DNA of 63,992 nucleotides, filler included, from Basidiobolus ranarum (GCA_040143965.1; 4 parts of 4 records of this genome joined end to end with filler, not necessarily neighbours in it), one strand, 5' to 3'; positions 50,433 to 63,992 are shown, counted from the whole stretch's first letter. Notes: generated by a model from the sequence alone, not told the origin. Numbers and translations: made by a program.

Positions 50433-50781
50433 TTTTGAAATTATCTTTGCCTTAACACCTATATAGTCATATATAGCTTAGCACTTAGTTATCTTATAAT
50501 TCACTAAGATATTTTTGATTATTCTCAATTGGAATTTTCTTAGAATATATTTACCTACTCAGATGTTCTCTGATATTTAGCTATTTTCAAACCTGTGCTA
50601 GAAGCCCCAAACTTTGCACACACATTCCTGAGACCTTCCTTAACACATTCTACATGTTTGTTTGTTTACATCTTGCCAAAACTATGAATGTCAACTTTCT
50701 ACTGAATAAATCAATAAGTGAAAACAAACAATTCTTCTAATTCTCCTAACCACTTCTATCAGGCTCCAAAATACATTAACA
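50433..50781. mobile_element. Solo LTR (family L1, reverse orientation) inserted in copia element A; TSD CTTAC
   Basis: CTTAC at 50428-50432 and 50782-50786. The uninterrupted target gtgcttacttgatttgc is seen in the paralogous copy near 63556. Confidence 0.85.
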
Positions 50782-51567
50782 CTTACTTGATTTGCTTGTT
50801 CCAATTTTAGCTTTTTGGCAAAAATCCTTTTTTGGCAATCTTGGAATAAATGGTCTTGTTTTTTGCAATACTTGCAGATGATTGATTCTCCATTAGGAGC
50901 ACCATTATTGAAGCCTGTTGGACACTTTACAGCTCCAAAAAATGCCTGCTCTGCATCATTTTGCTGAGAATTAGATCTCCTTAATTCTTCATTCCAAAGC
51001 CAAGCACCAACATATTCCATTATTAATGGATCTGATCTTGATTCAAGGGCAATTATGAGGTTCTTAAACTCATCCAGCAGGCTCCCAAGTAGTGTCATGA
51101 CTAAGCATCTTCATTTAGAAGTGCTCCAATGGATGAGAGCTGAGCTGTCATAGTTTTATCTAATTTATATGATCAACCACAAAATCATCAGAATTCATCT
51201 AAATTGAGAATATTTATTGCCTTAAAAACAGCCTATTAGCCAGAACTTTAGTCTCATATAGTCCCTCAAGTGTTTCCCAAGCATTTGTCACCTTTATGGC
51301 TGATTGTATGCTCCTCAATTGAAAGTCTCAGAGATGTAGCCAAAGTGTAGAGAGTGCTTTCTTCTGCTTCTTGTGAAAGGTAAGGATAGCTTCTGGTGGC
51401 ACATTTGGTTCTACCTCTTCTCCTGTCCAAATCCCCCAAGGTCCTTGTCTTCTTGCCCCACTTGCATCTTGACCTTCCAAAGGTGAAAGTCTTGACCATC
51501 AAGCTTCTCTGTGGATGCAAAAGTGTCAGTAATAGTACTGGTAGACAATTCTTTAACAGCTAACTCT

Positions 51568-51579
51568 GGGCTCATAACC
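51568..51579 (-). promoter_or_regulatory. Primer-binding site GGTTATGAGCCC (internal tRNA-iMet type)
   Basis: Directly follows the LTR end TATCA; variant GGTTATGTGCCC at 60528-60539. Confidence 0.7.
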
Positions 51580-51930
51580 TGATAAAAGTGTTTAGGGGAT
51601 TTGAAGTGTTTTGGACAAGATTTGGATTCGTGAATTAGACACTTGTGTTTTGTTGAATTGAGTATGTCCTATTTGAAGTTTACTATGAAATAGAAGTATT
51701 GGACATGCTTATATCATAACAAACATGTCTCTTAAGCCTGAGTGAAAATTTGAGGTGATGTGGAGAATATTTGGGAAAATAGTGAATATTGGTAAAAGTG
51801 CTCTAATTGATAGAAGTATCAATTAGGGCAGTAAACACACATTTTTGGATGACAGAATTCAGTACTAAATAATCACAATACAAATTAACTCAACACTATA
51901 TAAAGAGTGGCTATTTATCTAATTTGAACC

Positions 51931-52349
51931 AAAGTCTTCACCATCAAACTTGTCAGTGGATGCAAAAACATTGGTAATGGTAGACATTCCTTTCACAGCT
52001 AGCTCAGGGCTCAATACCAGATAAAAGTGTTTACGGTATTTGGATTTGTGAATTAGACACTTGAATTTTATTAAATTGAATATGTGCTAATTAAAGTCTA
52101 CTATGAAGTATGATTATTGGATGTGCTAAGATCATAGCCAATATGCCTGTTAAGCAAGGATGAAAATTCTTAGGTGATTTGGAAAAGATTCAAGAAAAGA
52201 GTGAAAATTGGTAATAGTGCTCTAATTGATACAAATAGCAATCAGAGCAATAAAAACACGTTTTTGAATGACAGAATTTAGTACTTAATAATCAGAATAT
52301 GGCTAAACTAACTATTAAATAATCAGTTGGTATTTACCTAATTTCAATA
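51931..52349 (-). mobile_element. Second copia LTR (52019-52349) with degenerate PBS and start of gag, in tandem with element A
   Basis: Near-duplicate of 51480-51930. Confidence 0.8.
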
Positions 52350-53373
52350 CAAACTTGGACCTTGGTTGACATTACAAATGATGATGAATCAAATAAATGC
52401 CAACAGACCCTAGCAGAAATGTCCGGATTGTGATTGTAGGAAAAACATCACATTTTTAATCCATTTAGGATTGACTATTTATTGACTGTTATGAAATCAT
52501 CAAGATAGATTTGGTATTAATCAATTTTTTCAGTTGCAGGAGTGAAATTTCAAGAGCTTGCAAATTAATTAGTTGCACTTGGTAGGCTACTATCTCAAAA
52601 GATTAGGGATCTACACATGTGAGAGAAATGTAACTCACATGTGTACACATTGACCTATTGAATGCTAACTTGTCATCTTTCGGATCCCTAATCCCTTATA
52701 TATACTCCTGTATATTTCTATAAAGTTCTTTGACCAAAGATTTAGCTTGTGTTCAAAATGAGCCTGTATCATTATCTCCCTCCAAGCCCAGCACTCTAAT
52801 AATATGTTTGAAGCTCTATTCTTCCTACTGTCTGGTGGATATCTTGCAATAAAGTGCCACTCTGTATCAAATTCTTCCCAGAGAGCTGCACAGCAATCAC
52901 TAGACTGAATGTCAGGTCTAATGTTCTTCTTATGAATTCACTCTCTCCATACTTGCATTGTGTTTCTTCCTTATACTTTTGAAGACACTCTCCATGCACT
53001 TTTACTATTTTGTATGTCCTTGTAGTGTGATGCTAATCAGTGTTCTTTGTGATGTTTGTGTGACTTTTTGCTTGCCGTTAAGTTTGGGGTTAATTTCAAC
53101 ACATTGAAAAGTACCACTTGATGTTGCAGAGCTCTGAGTTTAAATTGCAGATAGAGTGGCTTGTTGTGTTATACCAGGTGTCTGATAAACTTCCAACTTT
53201 TTGCAGTCTTCCAAGTAGTGAACTTAGTTGCATAGTAAGATCATGCTTTTTGTCCAGTATTCATGCTGGTATAGCAGACACCGGAAATACCAATCTTTGC
53301 AATGGTGTGGAAAACTTAGTCAGTTGTACAGCAGAGCCCATAATCACTAGCTCCTTTGCTTTTCCCTTGGGTT

Positions 53374-56300
53374 TGTTGAAATTAGGTAAATAGCAACTAT
53401 AGTAGCTAGTTTATTCCTATTTGTATTATTTAGTACTTATTTCCAGCTACCAATACTTTTATCAATGTTTTTGCATCCACAGAGAAGTTTGATGATGATA
53501 ACTTTCACCTTTGGAAGCTCAAAATGCAAATGGAGCTAGAAAACAAGATCCTTTGGGGATTTATTACCAGAGAAGAACTTGAGCCAAAGGGACCACCAGA
53601 AGCTATCCTGGCCTTACACAAGTAGCAGAGGAAAATACTCTCTAAAGTTTGTCTTCATCTCAGAGACTCTCAATTGAGACACACACAATCAGCCAAAAAT
53701 ATCCAATATGCATGTGGAACACTTGAAGGACTATAGGAGACTGAAGGTCTGGCTAATAGACTATAGCTTAGGTGTAAACTACTCTCAATTTGGATGAACA
53801 GTGCTGATTCTATGCTTTGTCATATAAATTGGATAAAACCTACAGCAGATCAGCTCTGGCCCATTGGAACACCTCTAAATGAAGATGAATTAGTCCTGGC
53901 ACTACTTTGGAGCCTGTCAGACAAGTTAGGGAACCTCATAATTGCCCTAGAATCAAGATCAGAGCAAATGACAATGGAATGTGTTGGTGCTGGCTGTTAA
54001 ATGAGAATACAAGGAGATATCATTGTTGGCAAAATAATGCAGAACAGGCATTCATTGAAGCTGTGAAATCCAATGGCTTCATTAATGGTGGCCCTATTAG
54101 GAAACAAAACATCTGCTAGTATTGTAAGAAACCAGGCCATTTGATCAAAGATTGCAGAAAAAGGATTTTTGTCAAAAAGCTGAAATTGGAATAAACAAAT
54201 CAAGTAAGCACTAATAAGGATCATCTATTTGGGTCTTCCCTTTCAGTAACCACTAAAGAAAACTCCGAAACATGGTACTTTGATTCAGGAGCTTCCCAGC
54301 ATATGTCAAACTTGAAAGATTGGTTTTCCATCTTTAAACCCATCCAAACAAGGAAAGTCTACTTAAGTGATTACAATGACTAGATGAAGTTGGTAAGGGC
54401 AAAGTTGTGCTCAATTTAGACCTTATTTCATCTACACCATTTGCAAAATTGGATGATGTACTATATGTACCTACTGTAGCCAAGAATTCACTCTCAGTAA
54501 GCCAAGCAACAACTCAAGGACTTAATTTTGCACACAGTTAGGCTCTGTGCATTATCACAGAACAGAATAATATCAAACTAGCTACTTGGATTAGAACTTA
54601 AAGTTTACACAAGTTAGAAATTGGCAAATTGCATTCTGAGCATGCAAACTTGGCCAAAACTGGTGAAATAGGCTATCCTAAGCAAAAACAGGCCCAAATG
54701 ATCTGAAATCAACTTTTTTAAGGCTTAAAAATTGAAAGGTCATATCCACTCAGAATTTTGCCCTTATTCATTCTAATCTATGTGGACCCATGAAAAATAT
54801 CACACTTGGTGGGAAGAGGTACTCTATGACCTTCATTGATGACCAAACCAGATACAATTGGGTATTCTTTCTCAATTCATGATCAGAAGCCTTAGCTACG
54901 TTCAAGCACTACAAAGCTATGGTAGACAAAGAATCAGCACAAAAAATAATGGTACTATAGAGTAATAATGGTGGACAACACTACTCAAAAGACTTCACTA
55001 GTTTATGTTCTAAACATGGAATTAAGCAATAAACAACTGCACCTTGTAGTTCACAGCAAAATGGAGTAGTGGAATGTGTTAATAGGACCATGGTGGAGAT
55101 GACAAGATCAATGTGATATGATCATAAGTTGGATTACCAATATTGGGCTGAATCTGTCTCCTCTGCAGTCTGTATCAAAAACAGATGCCCTACATGTATC
55201 ATACAAGATTCTACTCTATTTGAAGCTCTATATAGATCAAAGCCAAGTGTAGATCATCTCAGGATCTTTAGTTGCAAATCATACTGCCTGATTCCAGCTC
55301 AAAAATGCTCTTGATTGGAACACAAAAGCAAAAAATACATATTTATAGGTTACTGTGATGGATCTATTCAGGAAGTGTCTGTCAAAATTTAGCTGTATCT
55401 GAGCCCTATTCAACCAGAATTCCATTCCCAACTGCATTGGAGGATGATTCAGGGCCCAGAAGATCTTACAGATGGAGAAATAAGCCAGGAGACTGATGGA
55501 ACACTTCCAATGATGATATAAGCCACAGACTCTAGATCAAGCTCTGCAGTGTCCACCATTAAGTTTATAGGAAAAACAATGTCTGATGAGTTTTCTTCAC
55601 CTCAGGACAATTAAACATGGGTTTCAAGTCCTCTACCATCAGGGAGTAAGTCAATAAGTTACAAATGGTTCTACAAAGTCAAAAACCTAGCTGATGGAAC
55701 CATAGAAAGGTACAAAGCTAGATTAGTTGCAAAAGGTTATTTCCAGGCACCAGGAGATGAATTGAACAAAACTCTTGTTTCATTAGATTCATCCTGGCCC
55801 TCTCAGCCATCCATAACCTTGATTTACATCAAATCAATGTACAAATAGCCTTTCTGAATGGAAATCTAGCAGAAGAGATCAATATGTAGCAACCAAATGG
55901 ATCTGTTGACCTAAAACATATGGGTATGGTCTATAGATTGCAAATATTGCTATATGGACTCAAGCAAGGATCCAGGGCATGGTACAACCAGATGGATACC
56001 TGTTTGGAATCACTAGAATTTCAAAAATGCACAGCCAATCACCATATTTACATCTAAACTACTGGGAATAGGATCCTTATAATGGCACTATATGTGGATG
56101 ACTTAATCATAGCCATATGATCTAGAAGCACTTAATCAGACAAAAAGCAGTTTATCAAACCAATTTCAGGTGACACATATGGGTGAATTACGTTATTTTC
56201 TTGGAATCCAAAGCAAGAGAGATTAACCCAATCAGAAAATCATGCTAAATTAGTCTAGATACATCCAAGATATTCTAAAACACCTCAACTTGGAGAATAG

Positions 56301-57535
56301 CAAGCCTGTATCAGCACCAATAGAGTCTAATGACAATTAATTAACATTTCATCTGATTTAGCTCAAAATGACTTATATCAAAGCCATTAGTTGCCTCATA
56401 AATCTATAGTGGGTAGTTTAATGTATACAATGGTTGGAACACATCCAAAAATTGCTGTGGCAGTGGGAATTGTCATCCAATAATTCAAAAATACAGGATC
56501 TGGGCACCAAACTGCAGTGAAACAATTATACAGGTATTTAAGAGGAACTGTAGATCTAGATCTGGAATACTCTGCCTCTCTTGATGCACAAAATTTTGAA
56601 AGCTACATTGCTGTAGACTGGGGAAGTAACCTTGATGATAGAGGATCAACCACTGGGTACACTTATCTCCATGGTTATAGAACCAAAACCAGGAATAGTG
56701 CAAAGCAACTAACCATGGCACTTTCCACTTCAGAGGCAGAGTATATGGCTGCCTTTGCTGCTACATAAAAAGCTATGTGGTTAAAGAAGCTATATACAGA
56801 CTTAGGATACATGCAAAAATGTACTATTAATGTATTTTATGATAATCAAAGTTGTATTTCATTAGCTAAAAACCCAACATTTCATGCTAGAACAAAATAT
56901 ATAGATATTATGTATCACATTGTTAGAGAAGTAATAGAGAATGATATAATTGAACTTTCTATTGCCCATCTCAAGAAATGGTTGCTGATATCTTAACTAA
57001 ACCTTTAGCTAAGGCACAACCTGAATCATTAAGATATAAGACAGGTTTAATAGAAATACAAAATATTTAGTTGAGTGGGAATGTTGAAATCAGGTAAATA
57101 GCAACACATTATTTAGTAGTTAGTTTATTCCTATTCAAATAATTTAGCACTCAATTCTGCCATTCAAAAACATGTGTTTATTGCTCTAATTGATGGAAAT
57201 GTAGATCAGATTGCTTTTACCAATTTTCACTATTTTCTCAAAACTTCTCCAAATCACCTCAAATTTTCACCCATGCTTAACAGGCATGTTTGTTATGATC
57301 TAAGCATGTCCAATAGTCCTATTTCATAGTAAACTATAAATAGGACATATTCAATTCAATAAAACTTAAGTGTCTAATTCACAAATCCAAATCTTGTCCA
57401 AAACACTTCCAAATCCCCTAAACACTTTTATCAATTATAAATAACACCTATCCAATTCAATGAAACTGAAGTGTCCAATATCACAAATCCAAATCTAGTC
57501 TAATGCACTTCAAAGTCCCCTGAATACCTATATCA
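53374..57535 (+). mobile_element. Degenerate near full-length Ty1/copia element B (gag-PR-IN-RT-RNaseH; 3' LTR 57082-57433), bounded by GGGTT TSD
   Basis: WYFDSGASQHM, YKARLVAKG, YVDD, ALSTSEAEYMA, DNQSCISLAKNPTFHARTK; PPT agttgagtgggaa before TGTTGAAAT; GGGTT at 53369-53373 and 57536-57540. Confidence 0.9.
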
Positions 57536-59169
57536 GGGTTCAATGACTCAATACTCCTTCAGTAAATCATTAGTTGCTTTTTTTTCTTGTCATAGTTGAC
57601 AAGTGTGTATATGTTTGCAATACTTCATAAATAGGCCTCAACTAGGTCAATTGATATATGCTTTCAAAAACCCAGGATAAGCTACATGAAATATTTGAAG
57701 AAACTTTAAAGTAATGCCTGGACTTTGGTTGTTCCACAATTGGCTCAAATCAAGGTGTTTTTGGGTCATATTTTGCATAGTTTTCCTAATCTTACATCAT
57801 TTTTTATTGAAGCAATGACTAGTTGCTTCAGTATGCTTCATTAACTGCAACAGTGCAGCATTATTGCCTAGCATGGCCAGTGTAGCAACACTCTAGTTTT
57901 TAATACTGATTGCATAGAGTTTGTTATGGTGTTGTGCCTGAGATTCTCTTATTGTTACAATTCTATTGAAGTTGTCCACAGAGGGATGATCAATAGTTGG
58001 CAAATTAAGTGTTTTAGTTTTTTAAATAAAATCTTGAATGATATCTGCCTGATATATATGGGCAACATTAGGAGTTGTTTATGGATATTCTTAATATATT
58101 TTTAAGGCATCTACTCACATTGGCAGATCTCAGGCCCTTCCACTACATTTGGGAGTTCCTAAAGGAGGGTACCTTCGGTGAAATGATGAAACATATGAAA
58201 TCATTAGTATGACCATATGCTAATTTGATTCACAATGTATTAGCAAAAGCAGTGATGTGTGAAGTGTAATGGATTAAGGAGACTCCAGACTGTATTAACC
58301 TTCCAACATTTGGCTGTTTTCAATGTGCTCCTGTGTTTTTTTATTGTTTGAGCACATTAACAATAACAAAACCCAATTCACAGACACACAGCAAACACCT
58401 CTATAATTCAGACTATTTTGTTTGTATCACAAGGTGATAGTATTTCTAGGAATACCACAAGAGAGACTTCTTAGTATGATAGATAGAGATGCACAGTGTT
58501 TTTGATTTTACCATGAGATGATCTATTCAAGCAATGAGACATTTACTTGTGTCAGGTCATTTGGTGTGTGCAAATTGAGATTATTTTGGCTGAATTCTTT
58601 ATGAAGACTGGCCAAAATCGAAGAGCTTATTCACATTGTGAACAATGACAAGAGTCAGCTATTTGTCAAATGTCAGTGCTGCTCGAAGTTTCAAATATTT
58701 AGCAATTTTTCCACCCTTAGTCAGCTGGAAAAGCATATGTGTGTTGTTGAGCCATGTCTGAACAGTCAGCTATGTGCATATGTAGGGACCGAGCACAAAA
58801 AGATTCCTGTATTCATTTAGTTCTCATTATGGTGGGAATAAAAAGCTAAAGTTATCTAGACAAAGGCATGCGTATTAATACAAATTTCTACAGCAGTAAG
58901 CCCAGCAATTTGTAACTTGAAAATTGGTTTTTCTAACAATTGTTGGCAATTCCAAAACTCATGCCTAATATGAGGATCTATAGTCATAGTGTACGATTAC
59001 CATCACACTACATTTAGATGCCACCATCTCACCATCACAATCACTGCAAAATGCAATGCGCCAATATTGAGACACTTCTCTGATGGTCTTGTGCTTCAGA
59101 AGGGATGATCCAATCCAGATAAAATTGGTTTTACTTTTGTTAGAGATATATTTCAAGTTAGCAGCAAGA

Positions 59170-60179
59170 AAATGGATATCAAAGATATATAAAGCTAGAC
59201 TTGTTGCTAAAGTATACTCTCAAACAGAGCAAGTGGACTTAAATCAAATGTTTGCTTCTGTAGCAAAGTTTAATTCCATTAGCACAGTGCTACCAGCAGC
59301 AGCAAAACACAGCCAAAGAATGCATTAAATCTATATTCAAGCTGTTTTTGAATAGGGACTTGGTAAATGATATGTCGGTGGATTAACCAGTTGGGTTTGT
59401 GAGTTCTGGACACCATGGGGATGTGTGTATCAGCCATAATTTTAGTATGGAGTTAAACAAGCATCCAGGGCCTGGTATACCAAGTAAGACAATTATTTAG
59501 AATCAGTCAGCTTCCAAAGTTGTATGGTGAATTTTGGTATCTATATACTGACAGATAGGGAGAGCATAGTGATACTGGCCATGTATTTAGATGATCTGGT
59601 TACAGCTGCCAGCAATGATACAGCTCTCAGGAACACCAAAGAAGGTCTATTGGTCCAAATCAAGATAGCTGATGTAGACAAACAGTATATATTTTGGGCC
59701 TGCAGATCCAAACCTGCAAATAAAAGAAATCTAAAACTCTGAATCAATGTACATACAACTATGATATCCACATATGTTACCAAATGGAGAACTCTAAGTC
59801 ATTAGCAACTTTCATGGATCTAGGTGTGAAATTAGTCATAAATCTAAAATTATGACAATTGGACACCTATGGCTCTAAATATGTCATTTGAAACTCAGTG
59901 CTCCCTTATCAATCAATGGTAGGCAGTTGGTTCTATGCTGTGACTGGAATATGGCCAAATATCTCTTTTGTGATGGGATTAGTCTACATACATATGACTA
60001 ACTCATGGTATGGGCTTTATGCAGCACTTAAGTGGATTTTTGGATATTTGAAGAAGATATTTGATCCTAGATGAAGGTACATATACTTTAAGGCAATTAA
60101 GTATCTGATTGTGTCCAATGATGCAGAAAGTGGACTTTATATTGAGGATATAAGCATAACCACTGGATACATCTTTCTC
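59170..60179 (+). mobile_element. Old copia reverse-transcriptase remnant
   Basis: YKARLVAKVYSQ, YGVKQASRAWY, AMYLDDLV; heavily decayed. Confidence 0.8.
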
Positions 60180-62190
60180 TGTTCAAAATAGGGGAATAGC
60201 AACTCAATATTTAGTAGTTAGTTAATGTTGTTCTCTTTATTTAGCCCTCAAGTCTGACTTTCAAAATGTGTGTTCATTGCTGCTATGAATAGAAATATAC
60301 ACTAGTGAACTTTTCCCAATTTTCACCAACTTTTCAAATCTTGTCTAAATCAACTGAAATTTTCACCCATGCTTTATAGGCATGTTTGCTATGATCTAAA
60401 CTTTTCTAATAGTGCTATATTATATTAAATTAAAATGGGACATATTCTATGCAATAAACTTAAATGTCTAATGCACAAATCCAAATCTTGTCCAAAATAC
60501 TTCCAAATCCACAGAAAACTTATGTCAGGTTATGTGCCCCATGTATGAAAAAAATATCTAAAAATATTATTTTCAATGTTTTTGCTTCCACAGAGAAGTT
60601 AAAAGGTGTAAGCTTTCACTGTTAGAAGCTCAGAATGCAAATGGTCCTAGAAGACAAGGATCTTGGCAATCTGTTAATGGTGAAGAAATAGAGCTAACAG
60701 GAACACCAGAAGCTATCCTGGCTTTTTGAAAGATGCCAAGGAAAGCACTCCCCACATCTTGTTTGGATCTCAATTGATGCACACACATTCAGCCAACAAC
60801 TTCCCAAATATGTGGAAAAACTTGGGAGAATCTATGAGACTAGCTCAAAGGCAATATCTTGGATAAGAATTGTTCTGAACTTAGATGAATTCTGATGATA
60901 TATTAACTGCTCAAATAAGTCCAATCCAAGCTATGGCAGGTAAGCTCTCACTCATTGGAGCAGTGCTACATGAAGATGACATATTCTAGACACTATTTTT
61001 GAGCCTGCAACATAGGCTTGGGAACCCCATAATAGCCCAAAATCAAGATCAGAGCCATTAACAATCAAATACTGTGGAGCCAAGATGTTTAATGTGAAAT
61101 TAAAGATAGCAAATTTTCAGCACAAATATGCAGATCAGGCATATCTTGGAGCTGCACAGCATCCAACAGGCTTTAATGATGATGCATATAATAGGTAATC
61201 AATCATTTGATAGTATTGTCAGAAATCAGGCCATTTAATTAAGGATTGCAGAGAGAGGATATTAGCTAAAAAGTTGAAACTTTAACAAGTGACTTAAGTA
61301 AGCACTGATAGGAATCATCTATATAAGTCTTCACTAACAGTAATCACTAAGGAAGACTTGTAAACATGGTACATTGGTTCAGTAGCTTCCTAGCATTTCT
61401 CTCACATGAATCATTGGTTTTCCTACTTAGAGCCAGTCCAAGCAAGGAAAGCCTACTTAGGTGATGACTGCACAATAGATGCAGTAGCTAAAGGCACAGT
61501 TGTGCTCTATTTAGACCAAAGTTCAGCTAAACCATCTGCCAAGTGGACAATGTATTTGCTGAACTTAGATAAGAAGAAATTCATTATTTAGTATTTAATC
61601 GACTCTTATTCTAATTATTCAGCACACAGTTTTGCAAATCAAAGACATGTCTTTTTGCCCTGATTGATAGAAATGTTACCCTGATCACTTTTACCAATTT
61701 TGACTATTTTCTCAAAAGTTCACCAAATGTTCTTAAATTTTCACTGTCACTGCACAGGCATGTTTATTATGGTCTGAGCATGTCCAATAGGTTTATTTCA
61801 TAGTAGACTATATGTAGGACATATTCAAATTAATACAAAGGAAGTGTCTAGTTCAAAAATCTAAATTTTGAACAACACAACTCCCAATTGAGGCACATAC
61901 ACTCAGCCAAAAATGTCTAAATTGCTTTGGAAACACTTCATAGACTATATGAGACTAAAATCTGGCTAAAAGGCTGTATCTTAGCTGAAAATTATGCTCC
62001 AGCAGATGAACTGTGATGATTCAATGCCAAGCATATAAATTGCATAAAAGCTATGGTAGATCAGTATCTTCCTTTGGAGCATCTATAAATGAAGATGACT
62101 TTGTCATGACATTACTGCAGTGCCTGCCAGATAATTGCCCAAGAATCAATATCAGAGCCATTCATAATGGATCATGTTGGTGCTAGGCTT
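60180..62190 (+). mobile_element. Copia fragments: LTR 60180-60527 + PBS + gag-protease, then a partial LTR (~61590-61880) + gag fragment
   Basis: LTR homologous to 57082-57433; PBS at 60528; gag similar to 53470-54450. Confidence 0.8.
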
Positions 62191-63873
62191 TGATAGAAGT
62201 GTGTAGGGGATTAGGAAGTGTTTGGGACAAGATTTGGATTTGTGAATTAGACAATTAAGTATTATTGAATTGAATAAGTTCTATTTATAATTTACTTTAA
62301 AATAAGACTATTATATGTGCTTAGATAATAACAAACATGCCTTTAAGAATGGGTGAAAATTTGAGGTGATTTAGAGAAGATTTGTGAAAAAAATGAAAAT
62401 TGGTATAAGTGATCTAATTGCTACTTCTATCAATTAGAGCAATAAACACACACTTTCCAATGACAAAATTGGGTACTAAATAATCAGAATATGAATGAAG
62501 TAACTACTAAATAATGAGTTGCTCTTTACTTAATTTCAACATTCTCACTCAACTTATCATTTTGTATTTCTCTTAAACCAAACTTGTATCTTAATAATTC
62601 AAGTTGTGCTGCAACTAAAGGTTAGGTTAAGATATCAGCAATCATTTCTTCAGTAGGGCAATAGACAAGTTCAATTATATAATTCTTTATTGCTTCTGTA
62701 ACAAAATGATGCCTAATATCTTTATCTTTTTTTCTAGCATGAAATGTTGGAATTTAGCTAATGAAATACAACTTTGATTATCTTCAAATACAGTATTACC
62801 ACACTTTTGCATGTAACCTAGATCTGTATATAACTTCCTTAACCACATAGCTTCTTGTGTAGTAGCAGAGGTAGCCATATACTTGGCTTCTGTAGTGGAA
62901 AGTGCTATGGTTGGTTGCTTCCTACTACTTCAGGTTATGGCACCATTACCATAGAGAAAAGTGTACCCAGTTGTTGATCATCTAGCACCAAGGTTTCTTC
63001 ACCAGTTGGCATCACTGTAGCCTTCAAAATTTTATGCATCAGGAGAGGCAGAGTATACCTGAACTAGATCCTTAGTTGGTCTCAAATACCTGCATATTTG
63101 CTTTACTGTAGTTTTGTGCCCAGATCCCGGATTTTTAAGATATTGGCTGACAGTTCCCACTGCCACAGCAATGTCTGAATGTGTTCCAACCATTGCATAC
63201 ATTAATCTACCCACAATGGATTGGTAAGGGAACTCCTGGCTTTGATTTAAGTCTTTTTGGGCCAAATCAGGTGAAACTTTGATTAATTTCACATTAGGAT
63301 CCATTGACATTGATACAGGCTTGCTAGTGGTCTTGTTGAAGCATTTTAAGATATGAAGGGTGTATCTTGACTGATTCATCATGATTTTCTGATTGGGGTT
63401 AATAAGTAGACTTTCCTTTTTTAGATTGAGTTTAAGCTGGAAAACTAATCTTTCAAGTTTGACATATGCTGGGAAGCTCCTAACTCAATGTATCATTTTT
63501 CTGAGTCTTCTTTAGTGGTTACTCATAGGGCAGATATAAATAGATGATCCCTATCTGTGCTTACTTGATTTGCTTGTTCTGATTTTAGTTTCTTGCCAAA
63601 AATCTGTTTTCCGCAATCTCTGAATAAATGGCCTGGTTTCTTGCAATACTTACTTATGATTGATATCCTATTAGGGGTACCATTATTGGAGCCTGTGGGA
63701 CATTTTACAGCTCCAAAAAATGCCTGTTCTGCATCATTTTGCTGAGAATTAGATCTCCTTAATTCCTCATTCCAAGGCCTAGCACCAATATATTCCATTG
63801 TTTATGGCTTTGGTCTTGTTTCTAGAGCAATTATGAGGTTCCCAAACTCAGTTGGCAGGCTCCCAAGTAGGGT
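62191..63873 (-). mobile_element. Internally deleted copia element D (gag fragment joined to RT/RNaseH, PPT, LTR 62191-62541)
   Basis: YCKKPGHLFRDC, PYQSIVGRLMYAMVGT, EAMWLRKL..DLG, EDNQSCISLAK; PPT agttgagtgagaa before the LTR. Confidence 0.85.
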
Positions 63874-63992
63874 CTGTTGAAGTTTATTGTCTTTATCATA
63901 TATGTTATCCCTATCTTTATACACCTAACTATTTCATATATCACATATTAGTTAGTCAACATCATTTAGTCAAATATCACTTAGCTGAAAAT

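Larger units (their letters stand above)
49100..51930 (-). mobile_element. Degenerate Ty1/copia element A (LTR 51580-51930, PBS, gag-protease-integrase; RT missing)
   Basis: Zinc knuckle CKYCKKQDHLFQDC, YVPDMAKNLLSVSQ, WHRRLGH, HSDLCGP, YTPQQNG; many stops and frameshifts. Confidence 0.9.

Noticed and set aside
52400-53370. Non-copia insert, also 57540-59170, as a possible DNA-transposon relic
   Set aside because: CpG-depleted and probably repeat-derived, but I could not identify any diagnostic motif.

Overview
Eukaryotic, AT-rich DNA with short GT-AG introns. Gene content and style suggest an early-diverging fungus (Zoopagomycota/Mucoromycota-like; this is inference). Three 100-bp artificial linkers (N44-TTAATTAATTAA-N44) split the window into four ~16 kb scaffold pieces that are not necessarily neighbours. 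Piece 1 (1-16181) has a Cdc12-type septin, a CH + Cdc15/STE-like kinase + C1 + CCaX gene, an EBP-family sterol isomerase, a small secreted protein, a GC-rich hairpin island and a solo LTR. Piece 2 (16282-32450) has a decayed Gln/Gly/Arg-rich repeat-protein gene and a cluster of 3-4 tiny intronless genes sharing a C-terminal S-x-D-[LM]-[GE]-[ST]-YVWW-stop motif, one of them absent from the ORF track; this cluster is the best candidate for an undescribed system. It also has an F-box/SUKH-like gene, a divergent pair of small secreted 4-Cys paralogs, an Ash1-like GATA factor and a membrane-anchored GH9. Piece 3 (32551-48688) has a Dal5/ACS-family MFS transporter, a secreted MBL-fold hydrolase with a premature stop, a secreted metallophosphoesterase and two O-fucosyltransferase-family paralogs. 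Piece 4 (48789-63992) is a nest of degenerate, CpG-depleted Ty1/copia elements with a half-tRNA(iMet)-type primer-binding site.
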